Part shown: positions 7,188-15,491 of the stretch, one piece after another
Position numbering within the stretch: the first letter of the stretch is position 1
Layout: every line of letters begins with the position of its first letter
From: a bacterium
GTDB lineage: Bacteria; Zhuqueibacterota; Zhuqueibacteria; Oceanimicrobiales; Oceanimicrobiaceae
NCBI GenBank assembly: GCA_046757165.1
Contig: JBHHXT010000047.1
Coordinates: 1 to 28,788, forward strand
Direction of reading: 5' to 3'
Length of the DNA: 28,788 bases
Position numbers and translations under genes: made by a program
The notes under the pieces: generated by a model
The model's input: only the letters and a program-made list of their open reading frames with translations
Told to the model about the DNA's origin: nothing
Databases searched by the model: none

Positions 7188-8531
7188 TTACTCGACCCGA
7201 ACTTCGTCCGAAAAAACACTCTCATTGCCATCTTTATCCACAGCGGCAACGCTGAGAAACAGCCCGCTGTCAAAACCCTGTGGTTTCTGCAGGGTCACCG
7301 CTTGCTCCTCGCCGGCAGAAAAGAACCTGGCAATCGCAATTTCGCCCGGGCTGCGCACCGCCAAAAGGTAATTGGCCACATCCGTCGCCGCGGGCGCTTG
7401 CCAGCTGACCCGCAGCTCGCCGGCATTTTGCTCAGCCACCTGAACATTCGTTGGACTCGGCGGGGCATCTGCCCAGCTCGCCAGGTAAGCTGCGTTGATT
7501 TTCGTCACCGTCGCCAGATAGCGAAACGACATGAACTCCGGCAGATCCTCCATGTTGTGCTGGTGGTTCATATTGTCCTCCGGCTCGGTCAACCGGGCGG
7601 CGGTGTACCCCTCACCGTTGAACGAAAAATGGTCGCCACCGCGGCCCGGGCGGTCTCTGGCCGGGATGAGATCGACGGTCACCTCTTGCACATAGGCATT
7701 GCCCTGCAGTTGGATGAAGCGCGCCAACTGCCGGTTCGCCGAGTCTTCCGGCCCCTCTGAAAAACAGCGCACGCGGGTGCTGTCCACATTACCACTGCCT
7801 CCGACGACATTTCCTACGACATCATTGGTCACCATGCCGACCACGTTGACCCCGTCTCTGCGCAAATCCTGCGCAAGGGCGCGGCTGCCGAACAAGCCTT
7901 CCTCCTCGCCGGTGACCGCCACAAAAATCAGCGTCGACTCAAAATCGAATTGGCTCAGGACACGTGCCAATTCAATGACTGCTGCCACGCCGCTGCCATC
8001 GTCATTGGCGCCGGGAGCGAAGTTGGTTGCATCCCTCACGTCCCGGTTGCGGGAATCCAGGTGCCCGCTGACGACAAACTTTCGCTCAGGAGTCGTGGAC
8101 CCCGGCAGCTCCGCCACCACATTGCGGTGCAGCCCGGACACACCCACGATGGTGGCGTCGAATGTATGGTAGGAAACGCGCAGCCGTCCCCCATTGGCAT
8201 CGCTGATGCGTTTGAATTTGTCGAACACCCAGCGCCGCGCAGCACCAATGCCCTGGCTCCCGGAGAGCGTATCCGAGTTCGTATGCCGGGTATGAAACCC
8301 AACCATACGCCGCACATAGGATTCGAGCGAATCCGCGCTGACCAAACCGACAAGGCCCTCGATCCTGGCATTGTCAGCCTCCGGCACGACCTCCTCGAGA
8401 TTCGGCCCGGGCGCATTGCCGTCGTCAGCACCCATGTCATTCCCCTTATCGTTGACGGGCGAATCATCGGAGCAACGAGCGAAAACAAAAGCAAGCAATA
8501 GAGCCAACACAAATCGTCTCAAGAGTACCAT
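7188..8531 (-). CDS. M28-family metallopeptidase lipoprotein with a C-terminal FN3-like domain
   Basis: 447 aa; hydrophobic signal ending FARC; SGHLDS, APGANDDGSG, GEEEGLFGS, NDVVG, GGDHFSF and HQH motifs intact; PPSPTNVQV...VSWQAP tail. Confidence 0.92.
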   Translation of the reverse strand: MVLLRRFVLALLLAFVFARCSDDSPVNDKGNDMGADDGNAPGPNLEEVVPEADNARIEGLVGLVSADSLESYVRRMVGFHTRHTNSDTLSGSQGIGAARRWVFDKFKRISDANGGRLRVSYHTFDATIVGVSGLHRNVVAELPGSTTPERKFVVSGHLDSRNRDVRDATNFAPGANDDGSGVAAVIELARVLSQFDFESTLIFVAVTGEEEGLFGSRALAQDLRRDGVNVVGMVTNDVVGNVVGGSGNVDSTRVRCFSEGPEDSANRQLARFIQLQGNAYVQEVTVDLIPARDRPGRGGDHFSFNGEGYTAARLTEPEDNMNHQHNMEDLPEFMSFRYLATVTKINAAYLASWADAPPSPTNVQVAEQNAGELRVSWQAPAATDVANYLLAVRSPGEIAIARFFSAGEEQAVTLQKPQGFDSGLFLSVAAVDKDGNESVFSDEVRVE

Positions 8532-8562
8532 TTTTCTTTTCTACCTTCCATTACATATTGCC

Positions 8563-8629
8563 TCACGCAGAGTTCGCAAAGATGAAGTAACAAAATAAAC
8601 CACTCTACGACCCGGCGGTCTCTGCGTGA
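8563..8629. repeat. Palindromic element of the cgcagag type
   Basis: 10-bp perfect inverted ends tcacgcagag/ctctgcgtga; resembles 361-422. Confidence 0.6.
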
Positions 8630-8699
8630 AATTGAGTACATAATCGTATTTACGAATTGGTGTTCAGCGCATTCCCCAATGGGGGTCAATTCGCCATTC

Positions 8700-8777
8700 G
8701 TAGCCGCCACCCCTTGTGGGTGGTTGTTATCTCCCAGCAGGGCGATTCATATATGCCCCACAAGGGGGCATGGCTAC
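8700..8777. repeat. GTAG-type REP doublet (REPIN-like)
   Basis: gtagcc-gccaccc-cttgt-gggtggt on + and gtagcc-atgcccc-cttgt-ggggcat on -. Confidence 0.8.
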
Positions 8778-8837
8778 AGAATCTGTTGTGGTCGCCATTC
8801 GTCAGAGCATTCCCAATTGTGTCCGGCCATGCCGTTC

Positions 8838-8875
8838 AAAAAAATACCCATGACTCCTGCAAGAGTCATGGGTAT
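8838..8875 (-). terminator. Intrinsic terminator of the lipoprotein-TBDT-PorV operon
   Basis: 13-bp perfect stem atacccatgactc/gagtcatgggtat, 6-nt loop, T-tract on the minus strand, 33 nt after the PorV-like stop. Confidence 0.88.
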
Positions 8876-8908
8876 GGTACAAAGGTTGTTTGGAGGACAA
8901 ACAACACT

Positions 8909-9943
8909 CTAAAAATTCAAAAGCACGGAAAACCTGATCAAATCATCCAGATTATCCTGACTGACCCAGGAGACGTCAAACTTGCCGGTGAAATCGCTCA
9001 GCCTGGCCTTGATGCCCGCGCCGGCGCTGAACCGCTCCGAGAAACCGTTGGTGTCGCCGGCGTTGTCCTCGTCATCTTCTTCGTCGATTTTGAACCCGCC
9101 GCGCAGGAAAAGCGCATCCTGCCAGCTATACTCGAAGCCGACGGTCTCATAGCGCAAATTGTCGTTCGGCTGCACCAGGTTGCTCGCCAGAATCAGCTTG
9201 GAGGTGCTCCTGTTCACGACGTCGAGGGCAATGCCGAACTTGAACGTGATGGGCAGCGGGAAGTTTTGACCCTCAAAAATAACATTTCCGCCCGAGTCTT
9301 TTTCTGTGCCAAAGTTCAAATCCGGACCAAAGTTGGAGACGGCCATACCGATGGTCAGATCGCGGAAGCCGGTGTGATAGAGGGTGCCGACGTCAAACGC
9401 CACGGTACGCTCATCGAATCCGGCAAGATCCTCCAGAATCAGTTTTCCGGTACCGCCAACAGAGAAGCGGTCTGTAAGCTGCTTGGCGTAGCTCACCGCG
9501 ATAGCCGATTCGCTGGCGCTGAAGGTCTCGCCGGTCGCCCCTTCAAAGGCGACGGTGATCGGCATATCCCCGGTGGTCAGCATATTAAAGCTGATGGCAA
9601 CGGTGCCGAAGCCGGAAACCGGCTGCACGTAAGCGGCATAGAAATGAGCCAATCCGCCGGGCAAATTAGTATGATTGAACATCGCCTCCCGGCCCCCGAC
9701 CTCTGTCAAGGCGGCCGGATTATAGAAAGCAGCGCTGGCATCGTTGACCAGGGCGACAAACGATTCTCCCATGCCCGTGGCCCGCGCGCTCACCCCGATT
9801 TGCAAAAACTGTGCGCCTACCGTGCCTGTCTTCGAAGGCCCGCCCAGGACAGTCGGCTCGTTCTGGGCCAGGAGAGCACACGGAAGCAGCGCACCTATTA
9901 GCAGGGTGCCCATCACGGCCTTGAAATTTCTGGCTTTCTTCAT
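8909..9943 (-). CDS. PorV/PorQ-family (FadL-like) outer-membrane beta-barrel
   Basis: 344 aa; RBS aggagg; signal peptide; GTVGAQFLQIGVSARATGMG...NDASAAFYNPAAL signature; FDVGTLY, SNFG, LPITFKFG, FLRGG; C-terminal Phe. Confidence 0.92.
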   Translation of the reverse strand: MKKARNFKAVMGTLLIGALLPCALLAQNEPTVLGGPSKTGTVGAQFLQIGVSARATGMGESFVALVNDASAAFYNPAALTEVGGREAMFNHTNLPGGLAHFYAAYVQPVSGFGTVAISFNMLTTGDMPITVAFEGATGETFSASESAIAVSYAKQLTDRFSVGGTGKLILEDLAGFDERTVAFDVGTLYHTGFRDLTIGMAVSNFGPDLNFGTEKDSGGNVIFEGQNFPLPITFKFGIALDVVNRSTSKLILASNLVQPNDNLRYETVGFEYSWQDALFLRGGFKIDEEDDEDNAGDTNGFSERFSAGAGIKARLSDFTGKFDVSWVSQDNLDDLIRFSVLLNF

Positions 9944-9997
9944 GGAGAGTTCCTCCTATTCAGGTGTCTCAATACTATCCGTTCACAAACATTCCAC

Positions 9998-10030
9998 ATC
10001 GCTTCCATCGCTGTCTGCGATGGAAGCGAT
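9998..10030 (-). other. Intercistronic stem-loop without U-tract
   Basis: 14-bp perfect stem atcgcttccatcgc/gcgatggaagcgat, 5-nt loop. Confidence 0.8.
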
Positions 10031-10039
10031 TGCCAAACT

Positions 10040-12238
10040 CTATTTGATGACAACAAAGCGGCCGATCTGGCGGTCGCCGTCCGGCGCTTCTACTGAAAAC
10101 AGATAGATGCCGCTGGCGATGGGCCGGCTGTTCCTCGAAATCAAATTCCATCTTGCGCGCGAATCGTTGGGATTATCGTGCAGAATGGTCTGCACCAAAT
10201 CTCCATCGACCGTGTAAACGCGAATGGTACACTTCGCCGGCACATTCACGAAGTGGATCTCGCGAAACAGCTCGATGAGCACATCGGCATTCAGGCTCTG
10301 GTCTTCGAATCCTGAGCGCTGCACATACGGATTCGGTTCAACCCAGATTCTGTTGTCCAGCTTTGTCGATGGCCTGCTCGAAGCAGAAAGACGCGTGGCG
10401 TTGATCAGGGGACTGGTCGCGAGTGTTTCCAGCCCGATCTGCGGCGCCCCGCGGTCGAAAGAAACCACTGAGTAGGTAAACGCTTTGCCATTCGGGACAT
10501 GGTCAACATAGTTGAATGCCAGGCCCGTATTGCGACCAAAATCATTGCCGGCAATATCGAATTCGGCCAGAATTTCAAAGGTTCCCAGCACGCCGGTGTT
10601 GCTTCTCAGCACCCTGAATCCTTCAAAATCCACACTCTCGTTCTCGGGTGTGTTGGGGTCGTCGGCGACGAAGGGGTCTTCAAAATTCAACGGCAACGAT
10701 TTGTCAGTCGGGTCATAGCCCGGGCTGGTTGGATCCGCAGCAGACCAATCCAGGGTGATGGTGCGGTCGCCGGGCGTCACTGTTAGAGGCGGCGCTGGCG
10801 GTGGCGGTGGGCCGCGAAAGTCCGGTACGCCGTCGCCCGTATCCAGCAGGCCGTCGCCATCCAGGTCCTCGCCGGCAAACCCATCGCCGTCGGTGTCGAA
10901 GCCGGGATTGTCGAACATCAACCCGGCAATGGCGGCGTTGACGCCCAGATCCACAAATGCAGCCGGGTCAAACGTTCCCAGCGCCCTTGCCACGTCCGAA
11001 TTGCCCTCACCTCCGATGACCGCGTAGGTGAACAGGATGGAGTCACCAGGAGCGAAGATCTTGACTGTCTGGCCACTCATCGGATCGTTTGGATCGGTGA
11101 TCAGGGAATCCCGGCTGCCTAATGGCCCGAATGAAATCAAGAATCTCGAATTATCATTCGGCGTGGAACCGGCCGGGATATTGGTGTCAAACTCCTTGGT
11201 CACGGGATCGAACTGCGGTGGATCAAAGGAGCCGTTGGACAGCAAAATATATTTCTCAGAATCGATTTCCGGGCTGCCAATGGGATCGCGGTCATTGGGG
11301 TCGCCGGTGGTCACATTGACGGTCACAGGCCCCCAGTCATCCTTAGAGCTGACTTCGGTGTCGCTCATCCACCAGTTGAAAGAGACCTGGCCCTCCCGGG
11401 CCGTTGGCCGCAGCACCCGCACCCCGACAACACCTGCCATGAGACCTTCGTCGCCGTCCGGCTCTACGACCCAGGCCGTGTTGACCACTTCGCCGGCAGC
11501 GTTCATCTCCATGAAGCCACTGGCATCATCGGTCTGATCGACGTTGCCGACCACGCCCATGTCGTTATCGGCGAAGAAGCCGGCATAGAAATTCCGGATG
11601 AAGTTGTGGCCGATGTTGCGGATCACGAGATCGAAGAAAACGATATCCTCTGCAAACGTCAGGCTGAACTGATAGCTCTTTTCCTCCACCTCGATTCCAA
11701 GGGCGCGCTGATGCTTCGGAGGGGCGAACACAAACCCGTCAGCAATCAGGAAGGTGTCCGTATACGTCCCGATAAAGTCCTCTTCCGAAACAGCGTTGGG
11801 GCTGAAAAACGGGCTGTTCGGGTTCGTTGAGCGCACGACTATCGCCGAGCGTTGGTCCGTAAAGTGAGGAAACATCTCTCTGAAATCCACCACACTCCAG
11901 GCCGAAGGCCCTTCTGAACACAGGGTATCGAGATCCCCGGGAGCATGTAAATCTGGCCCGGTGGTCTCATCGGCGGGAACGATGCCGCCGAAAAACATGC
12001 CGCCACGGTTGATAAACTGTGCCTCCTGGCCGGGAATGTCTGTTCCGGGCCAGACCGCACCCCGGCCCGCGTCAGTGCCAAACTGACCGAAGTTGGTTAC
12101 GCCGACCCAGAGTTTACCATTTTTATGAACCCTTGAATCCAGGAAGCGGTCTTCAAATTGTGCGTACAACTCTCCGATGGAGAACAGCACACACAGCGCG
12201 AAAACCAGCGAACTTCGCTCGAGTAACTTCATTCTCAT
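10040..12238 (-). CDS. Secreted acidic protein with DxDxDG motifs, an FN3-like domain and a T9SS-like/FlgD-Ig CTD
   Basis: 732 aa from the ATG at 12238 (RBS aaggag); signal peptide; DTDGDG and DLDGDG motifs; PPPPPAPP linker; CTD VEPNPY...TIRVYTVDGDLV...WNL...IASGIYLF...GRFVVIK. Confidence 0.85.
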   Translation of the reverse strand: MRMKLLERSSLVFALCVLFSIGELYAQFEDRFLDSRVHKNGKLWVGVTNFGQFGTDAGRGAVWPGTDIPGQEAQFINRGGMFFGGIVPADETTGPDLHAPGDLDTLCSEGPSAWSVVDFREMFPHFTDQRSAIVVRSTNPNSPFFSPNAVSEEDFIGTYTDTFLIADGFVFAPPKHQRALGIEVEEKSYQFSLTFAEDIVFFDLVIRNIGHNFIRNFYAGFFADNDMGVVGNVDQTDDASGFMEMNAAGEVVNTAWVVEPDGDEGLMAGVVGVRVLRPTAREGQVSFNWWMSDTEVSSKDDWGPVTVNVTTGDPNDRDPIGSPEIDSEKYILLSNGSFDPPQFDPVTKEFDTNIPAGSTPNDNSRFLISFGPLGSRDSLITDPNDPMSGQTVKIFAPGDSILFTYAVIGGEGNSDVARALGTFDPAAFVDLGVNAAIAGLMFDNPGFDTDGDGFAGEDLDGDGLLDTGDGVPDFRGPPPPPAPPLTVTPGDRTITLDWSAADPTSPGYDPTDKSLPLNFEDPFVADDPNTPENESVDFEGFRVLRSNTGVLGTFEILAEFDIAGNDFGRNTGLAFNYVDHVPNGKAFTYSVVSFDRGAPQIGLETLATSPLINATRLSASSRPSTKLDNRIWVEPNPYVQRSGFEDQSLNADVLIELFREIHFVNVPAKCTIRVYTVDGDLVQTILHDNPNDSRARWNLISRNSRPIASGIYLFSVEAPDGDRQIGRFVVIK

Positions 12239-12292
12239 GGGATTCTCCTTCTCATAGGTTGACAATATATAAGTTCGCAGCCCGTATGGACA

Positions 12293-12323
12293 CCGATCCC
12301 ATCGCACGAAGCGATGGAATCGG
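12293..12323 (-). other. Intercistronic stem-loop without U-tract
   Basis: 13-bp stem whose single mismatch is a G-U pair on the minus (mRNA) strand; same ccatcgc-N5-gcgatgg core as 9998-10030. Confidence 0.8.
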
Positions 12324-12347
12324 CTTCCTCTCCACCTGCAAGAAATC

Positions 12348-15300
12348 TTAGAACCTCAACCCCAACCCAAGGAGGATTTGCCTCGGAGCGCCGAACTGCT
12401 CCGGATTCAAATCCGCCGCACGGCCATCCCCTCTCGGGTTGCCATGCTCGAACCGCTTGATCTGGGTCCCGATTTCTTCGCCTGTGACCGGATCCAGCAG
12501 CGGCAGCTCACACTCGATGCAGCTATGCTCCGCATCCTCCACCAGATTCAACAAGTTCCGGCGGTCGAAGAGGTTGTTGACATCGACATAGAGCGTGGCC
12601 AACAAGCTTCTAAAAAGCTTGAAGTCCTTTCTGAGACGCAGGTCTACGGTCAGGAAATAGGGCAATCTTTCTGAGTTCTCAGTGGCAAGCGGATCGGCAT
12701 CTTCATCTATGGTGAAAGGCAAGCCGCTGCCATAGCGGGTGAAAATATTCAGGCCGACACGGTCGAAGGTCGTACCCAGAAAACGAAAGCCCTGGCCGGC
12801 GGGAATCTCAAAACTGATGTTGGCGTTGATGGTATGTCGCTGATCCCAGTCTGACGGCACCTCTTTCAGGTTGGGAAAGGCAGCGATGCCCTGGGCGCCA
12901 ATGCCACGGTCAAACGTGGAGGCGCGGGTGGTCGCCCACATCAGGGTGTAGCTGACCGAGCCTGAGAAGTAATGGCTGTATCGTTTGATGAGCTCGAATT
13001 CAAATCCTCGGTCGCTGCCGAAATCGCGATTCACCAGCTTGCGGAACGGCGAGGCCTCGGTGCCAAAGGTCTCGAAGTTGATTTGATTGCGGATATCCTT
13101 GAAGAAGCCGGTGACGCCGATCTTCCAGTCGTCCGTCAATTGATGGTCGAAGCCGACTTCATAGGAGATCGTTTCTTCCGCTTCCAGGTCCGGGTTGCCA
13201 AAGGTATTCAACTGGTTCTGAAAGACGCGAAAGCGGTTTTGGCGCCGAAAGAGCTCGCTCAGGGTGGGAATCTGGACAAATCGACCGTAGAAAAAATACA
13301 ACGTACTGCGGTCCGTAATCGGATGTGAGATTCCCAGTCGGGGAGAAAGGTAGTTCTTGTCGTTGACGACCTTCTTCTCCGTCTCTTCGGTTTGAAACGC
13401 TTCATTGATTTCAAACACTTCCGAGCCCGGGTTGAAATTGTCGAAGCGCAAGCCGAAGTTGACGATCAAAGACTCGAATTCGATCTTGTCCTGGATGTAT
13501 CCGGATAAGTTCCCGGGTTCACGGTCGTAAAAATCCCGCAGGGCGCCGGAAGTGATAAACGGACCATCATCCGGTGGATTGGACCTTCTCGACGGGACTT
13601 TGTTGCCGCCGTTGTCGATACGTCTTTGATCGAGGTCATTGATTTTGATTTCAAACCCGGCCTTCACCTGGTGATTGCGGGTCACCTGGCTGAGGACATC
13701 CCCCTTGATGGTATACACCTGGGTCAAATGTTTTGACCAGGTATCGCCCGGAAGGTCGAAAGCGGCGGCAACGCCGAGATTGTCCGAGCCGCCATTCCAG
13801 CCGGTGCGGTAGAAGCCGGCAAGATCGGGATTCTCGTCGGTGAAGTCATCTTCAAAAAAGTTGTCATCGCCATCACCGCTGCCGACGAGATCATCGTCGA
13901 TCGCCTCCAAACCGGAAATGCGGTTGTTCATGAACTCCGGGGTCAGCCGGATGCCGTTGCGGATTCCCGGATACTCAAAGCGGTTATTGCGCAAATAGCC
14001 GAATTTGAGCTCATAGAAGGTCTTGTCACTCAAGTTGTGGGTCCAGGTAAACACCATGTTCGAGCTGGTCCCCTCGAGCTGCTGGCTGTGGTCGGGCTGG
14101 AACTTGTACGTGTGGCGGTAATCATCGCGCCAGAACTTCGAGCCGACAAAGCTCATACTGGTTTTGATGTCGGCGTTGGGCCGGTAGTTGAGAACAGCGC
14201 TGTAGTTGAGGTTATTGCGAAACCGCCCTCCCCAGTCGAACAAACCCAGAAAGCTGCTCATAAACGGGTGGTCGACTTTTCTCGGATTGACGAAGGTCAC
14301 TTCATCGGCTTCACCCGCCTCGTGGATCTCTGCCGTCTGCTCAAATATTTCATCATGATGGACCAGTTCAGCATCCTGGTGCTCGTTGGGCAGGAAGCCA
14401 TCCGACATTTCAGCCGTGCCGGAAACGTAAAAAGTGACCTTATTTTTCAATCCATTGATGCCGAGTGCGGGCAAGATGAGGTCGGAAATCGGCTCCGGTC
14501 CGCCGAGATTGAATTCCCACCGGTCGGTGTTAAGGGAATTGGCTCTGAGTCCGGTGCCTTCCGGTTTGAAATAAGCATTCGGGTCAACCGTCAGCGGGTC
14601 CTTGGCATCATTGAGAATGTCAGAGGGAAATTTGCCGCTGCCGAAGTCATCGGTGAAATAGGCCAGGCGGCCAGAATAGCGCTCGCCGCCGCCGCGTGGA
14701 ATGATATTGACGATGCCCGACTGAACATTGCCATACTCGGCGTTGTAGCCCCCGGTTTGCAGCTCAACTTCGTCGATGGCATACTTGTTGACATCGACCA
14801 CCTCATTGTTGAACAACGGGTCGTTGACCGACAGTCCGTCGATCAGGTACACCACTTCACCGGACCGTCCGCCGCGCACATGCAACTGCTCGCCCTCCCC
14901 AACCACGCCTGGCATCAACTGGATCACGTCTGTCACAGAGGTGACGCTGGCGATGTCTTCGATTTCGGTCGCCGTCACACGCGATGAAGACGAGGTCAAG
15001 TCCCTGATAACCAGCGGCTGCTCAGCCACGACGGTGATTTCTTCCCCCGACAGCACGGTGGCAGCCAGATTGTAATCTACTCTCGTTGTCAAATCGACCC
15101 GCACTGCGACCTCGGTCTTGATCAACTTTTTGTAACCAACCATGGAGACTTCTACGCTGTAGCTGCCCGGCGGCAGACGTAGAATGGTAAAATACCCGTC
15201 CGCATCCGTGGCCGCGCCAAACGTCGTGCCTGTCACAAGCACGTTTGCCCCGGGCAGCCCCTCACCTGTATCGCCGTCTATGACACGGCCAGAAATCTTT

Positions 15301-15401
15301 CCAGTGGTGCCAGAAAAGATATCGGTGGGCAACAAGGCCGCCACTGCCATAACCAATAGCATACTCGAGAAGCCCGTCAATCTTTTTTTGAATGCGCCCA
15401 T
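12348..15401 (-). CDS. TonB-dependent receptor with an N-terminal carboxypeptidase-regulatory-like domain
   Basis: 1017 aa; RBS aaaggag; TTGKISGRVID...LPGANV, EITVVAE, plug VRGGRSGEVVYLIDG...TGGYNAEYG, barrel SPRLGISHP, GNPDLEAE, NNLFD, ending APRQILLGLGLRF. Confidence 0.96.
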   Translation of the reverse strand: MGAFKKRLTGFSSMLLVMAVAALLPTDIFSGTTGKISGRVIDGDTGEGLPGANVLVTGTTFGAATDADGYFTILRLPPGSYSVEVSMVGYKKLIKTEVAVRVDLTTRVDYNLAATVLSGEEITVVAEQPLVIRDLTSSSSRVTATEIEDIASVTSVTDVIQLMPGVVGEGEQLHVRGGRSGEVVYLIDGLSVNDPLFNNEVVDVNKYAIDEVELQTGGYNAEYGNVQSGIVNIIPRGGGERYSGRLAYFTDDFGSGKFPSDILNDAKDPLTVDPNAYFKPEGTGLRANSLNTDRWEFNLGGPEPISDLILPALGINGLKNKVTFYVSGTAEMSDGFLPNEHQDAELVHHDEIFEQTAEIHEAGEADEVTFVNPRKVDHPFMSSFLGLFDWGGRFRNNLNYSAVLNYRPNADIKTSMSFVGSKFWRDDYRHTYKFQPDHSQQLEGTSSNMVFTWTHNLSDKTFYELKFGYLRNNRFEYPGIRNGIRLTPEFMNNRISGLEAIDDDLVGSGDGDDNFFEDDFTDENPDLAGFYRTGWNGGSDNLGVAAAFDLPGDTWSKHLTQVYTIKGDVLSQVTRNHQVKAGFEIKINDLDQRRIDNGGNKVPSRRSNPPDDGPFITSGALRDFYDREPGNLSGYIQDKIEFESLIVNFGLRFDNFNPGSEVFEINEAFQTEETEKKVVNDKNYLSPRLGISHPITDRSTLYFFYGRFVQIPTLSELFRRQNRFRVFQNQLNTFGNPDLEAEETISYEVGFDHQLTDDWKIGVTGFFKDIRNQINFETFGTEASPFRKLVNRDFGSDRGFEFELIKRYSHYFSGSVSYTLMWATTRASTFDRGIGAQGIAAFPNLKEVPSDWDQRHTINANISFEIPAGQGFRFLGTTFDRVGLNIFTRYGSGLPFTIDEDADPLATENSERLPYFLTVDLRLRKDFKLFRSLLATLYVDVNNLFDRRNLLNLVEDAEHSCIECELPLLDPVTGEEIGTQIKRFEHGNPRGDGRAADLNPEQFGAPRQILLGLGLRF

Positions 15402-15491
15402 AGCATTACTCCTTTATTCGGGTTAATTGGACTATGACACGTTAACAGCTTTTCCACACCTTGGTATTAACCTGGAAGGTGTTTTTTTCTG

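Noticed and set aside
7188..8531. M28 peptidase as part of the TBDT operon
   Set aside because: Separated by a clear intrinsic terminator and ~380 bp containing repeats. A functional link remains possible but is unsupported.
8657..9901. 414-aa plus-strand ORF
   Set aside because: Antisense to the PorV-like gene and runs through a terminator and a REPIN.
12239..12307. Longer start for the CTD protein
   Set aside because: The RBS and signal peptide fit the ATG at 12238; the extension overlaps the intercistronic hairpin.
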